Of a DNA stretch of 15,928 bases, positions 15,779 to 15,928 are shown piece after piece. The position numbers and the translations under genes are program-made. Source of the DNA: Pseudobdellovibrionaceae bacterium. GTDB lineage: Bacteria > Bdellovibrionota > Bdellovibrionia > Bdellovibrionales > Bdellovibrionaceae. Position 1 is the stretch's first letter, and the number at the start of each line of letters is the position of its first letter. The stretch covers positions 1 through 15,928 of the forward strand of contig JBDHWW010000062.1 in the NCBI GenBank assembly GCA_039810425.1, in the 5' to 3' direction. The notes below the pieces were generated by a model. That model searched no databases. It worked only from the letters and a program-made list of their open reading frames with translations, and was not told where the DNA came from.

Positions 15779-15928
15779 CTGGCCGACCAGGAGGGTCGGC
15801 CAGCCCCGTTCCCATGGACGGACGGCCATCGCGAAGTAAGCGACTGGGCGTCCAAGCCCCTTCGCCCCGAAGCGATCTCTAGAGAAAAACAAAAAAACAA
15901 GGACTCGCCCAAGAACTCGCGCCCAAAG
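15779..15928 (+). repeat. Structured intergenic element with GGA-loop hairpins and dispersed repeat copy 2, cut by the window end
   Basis: Perfect 10-bp stem CTGGCCGACC-AGGAG-GGTCGGCCAG (15779-15803), a second hairpin with loop ATGGAC (15806-15825), further short hairpins, and 15884-15928 similar to 11776-11820. Confidence 0.6.

Noticed and set aside
15628..15912. 94-aa minus-strand ORF as an intact gene
   Set aside because: TTG start within the repeat, and most of it reads through hairpins; only a ~26-aa part looks protein-derived.
1..15928. CRISPR array, tRNA/rRNA, integrase, prophage or known defence system
   Set aside because: No regularly spaced repeats, RNA gene signatures or hallmark proteins were seen.

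Overview
Bacterial chromosomal window with no rRNA, tRNA, CRISPR array or intact mobile element. Gene content and style suggest a Bdellovibrio-like organism (inference). Left to right: a short, probably truncated exported-protein ORF; a divergent TerC/Alx transporter and NhaR-like LysR pair; a decayed stretch with a Bcr/CflA MFS N-terminal remnant; DUF2007 plus a coupled 42-aa membrane peptide absent from the ORF track; a frame-split MerR gene behind a MerR-type operator; a ~1041-aa lipoprotein subtilase; ilvE; a FlaR-like P-loop protein; HutD/Ves; a sigma28-type promoter in front of a coiled-coil membrane protein and a TM/degenerate-PilZ protein; TMEM175; an ABM protein; HdeD; an LA_2272-type repeat protein; and an orphan TolC. 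The window ends in a structured, probably non-coding tail with GGA-loop hairpins, a possible Y1/RAYT transposase remnant, and a 45-nt segment that recurs (38/45 identical) as the 3' tail of TMEM175. The best candidates for undescribed biology are the sigma28-driven membrane pair and the GGA-hairpin repeat element. Both are hypotheses that need database searches.
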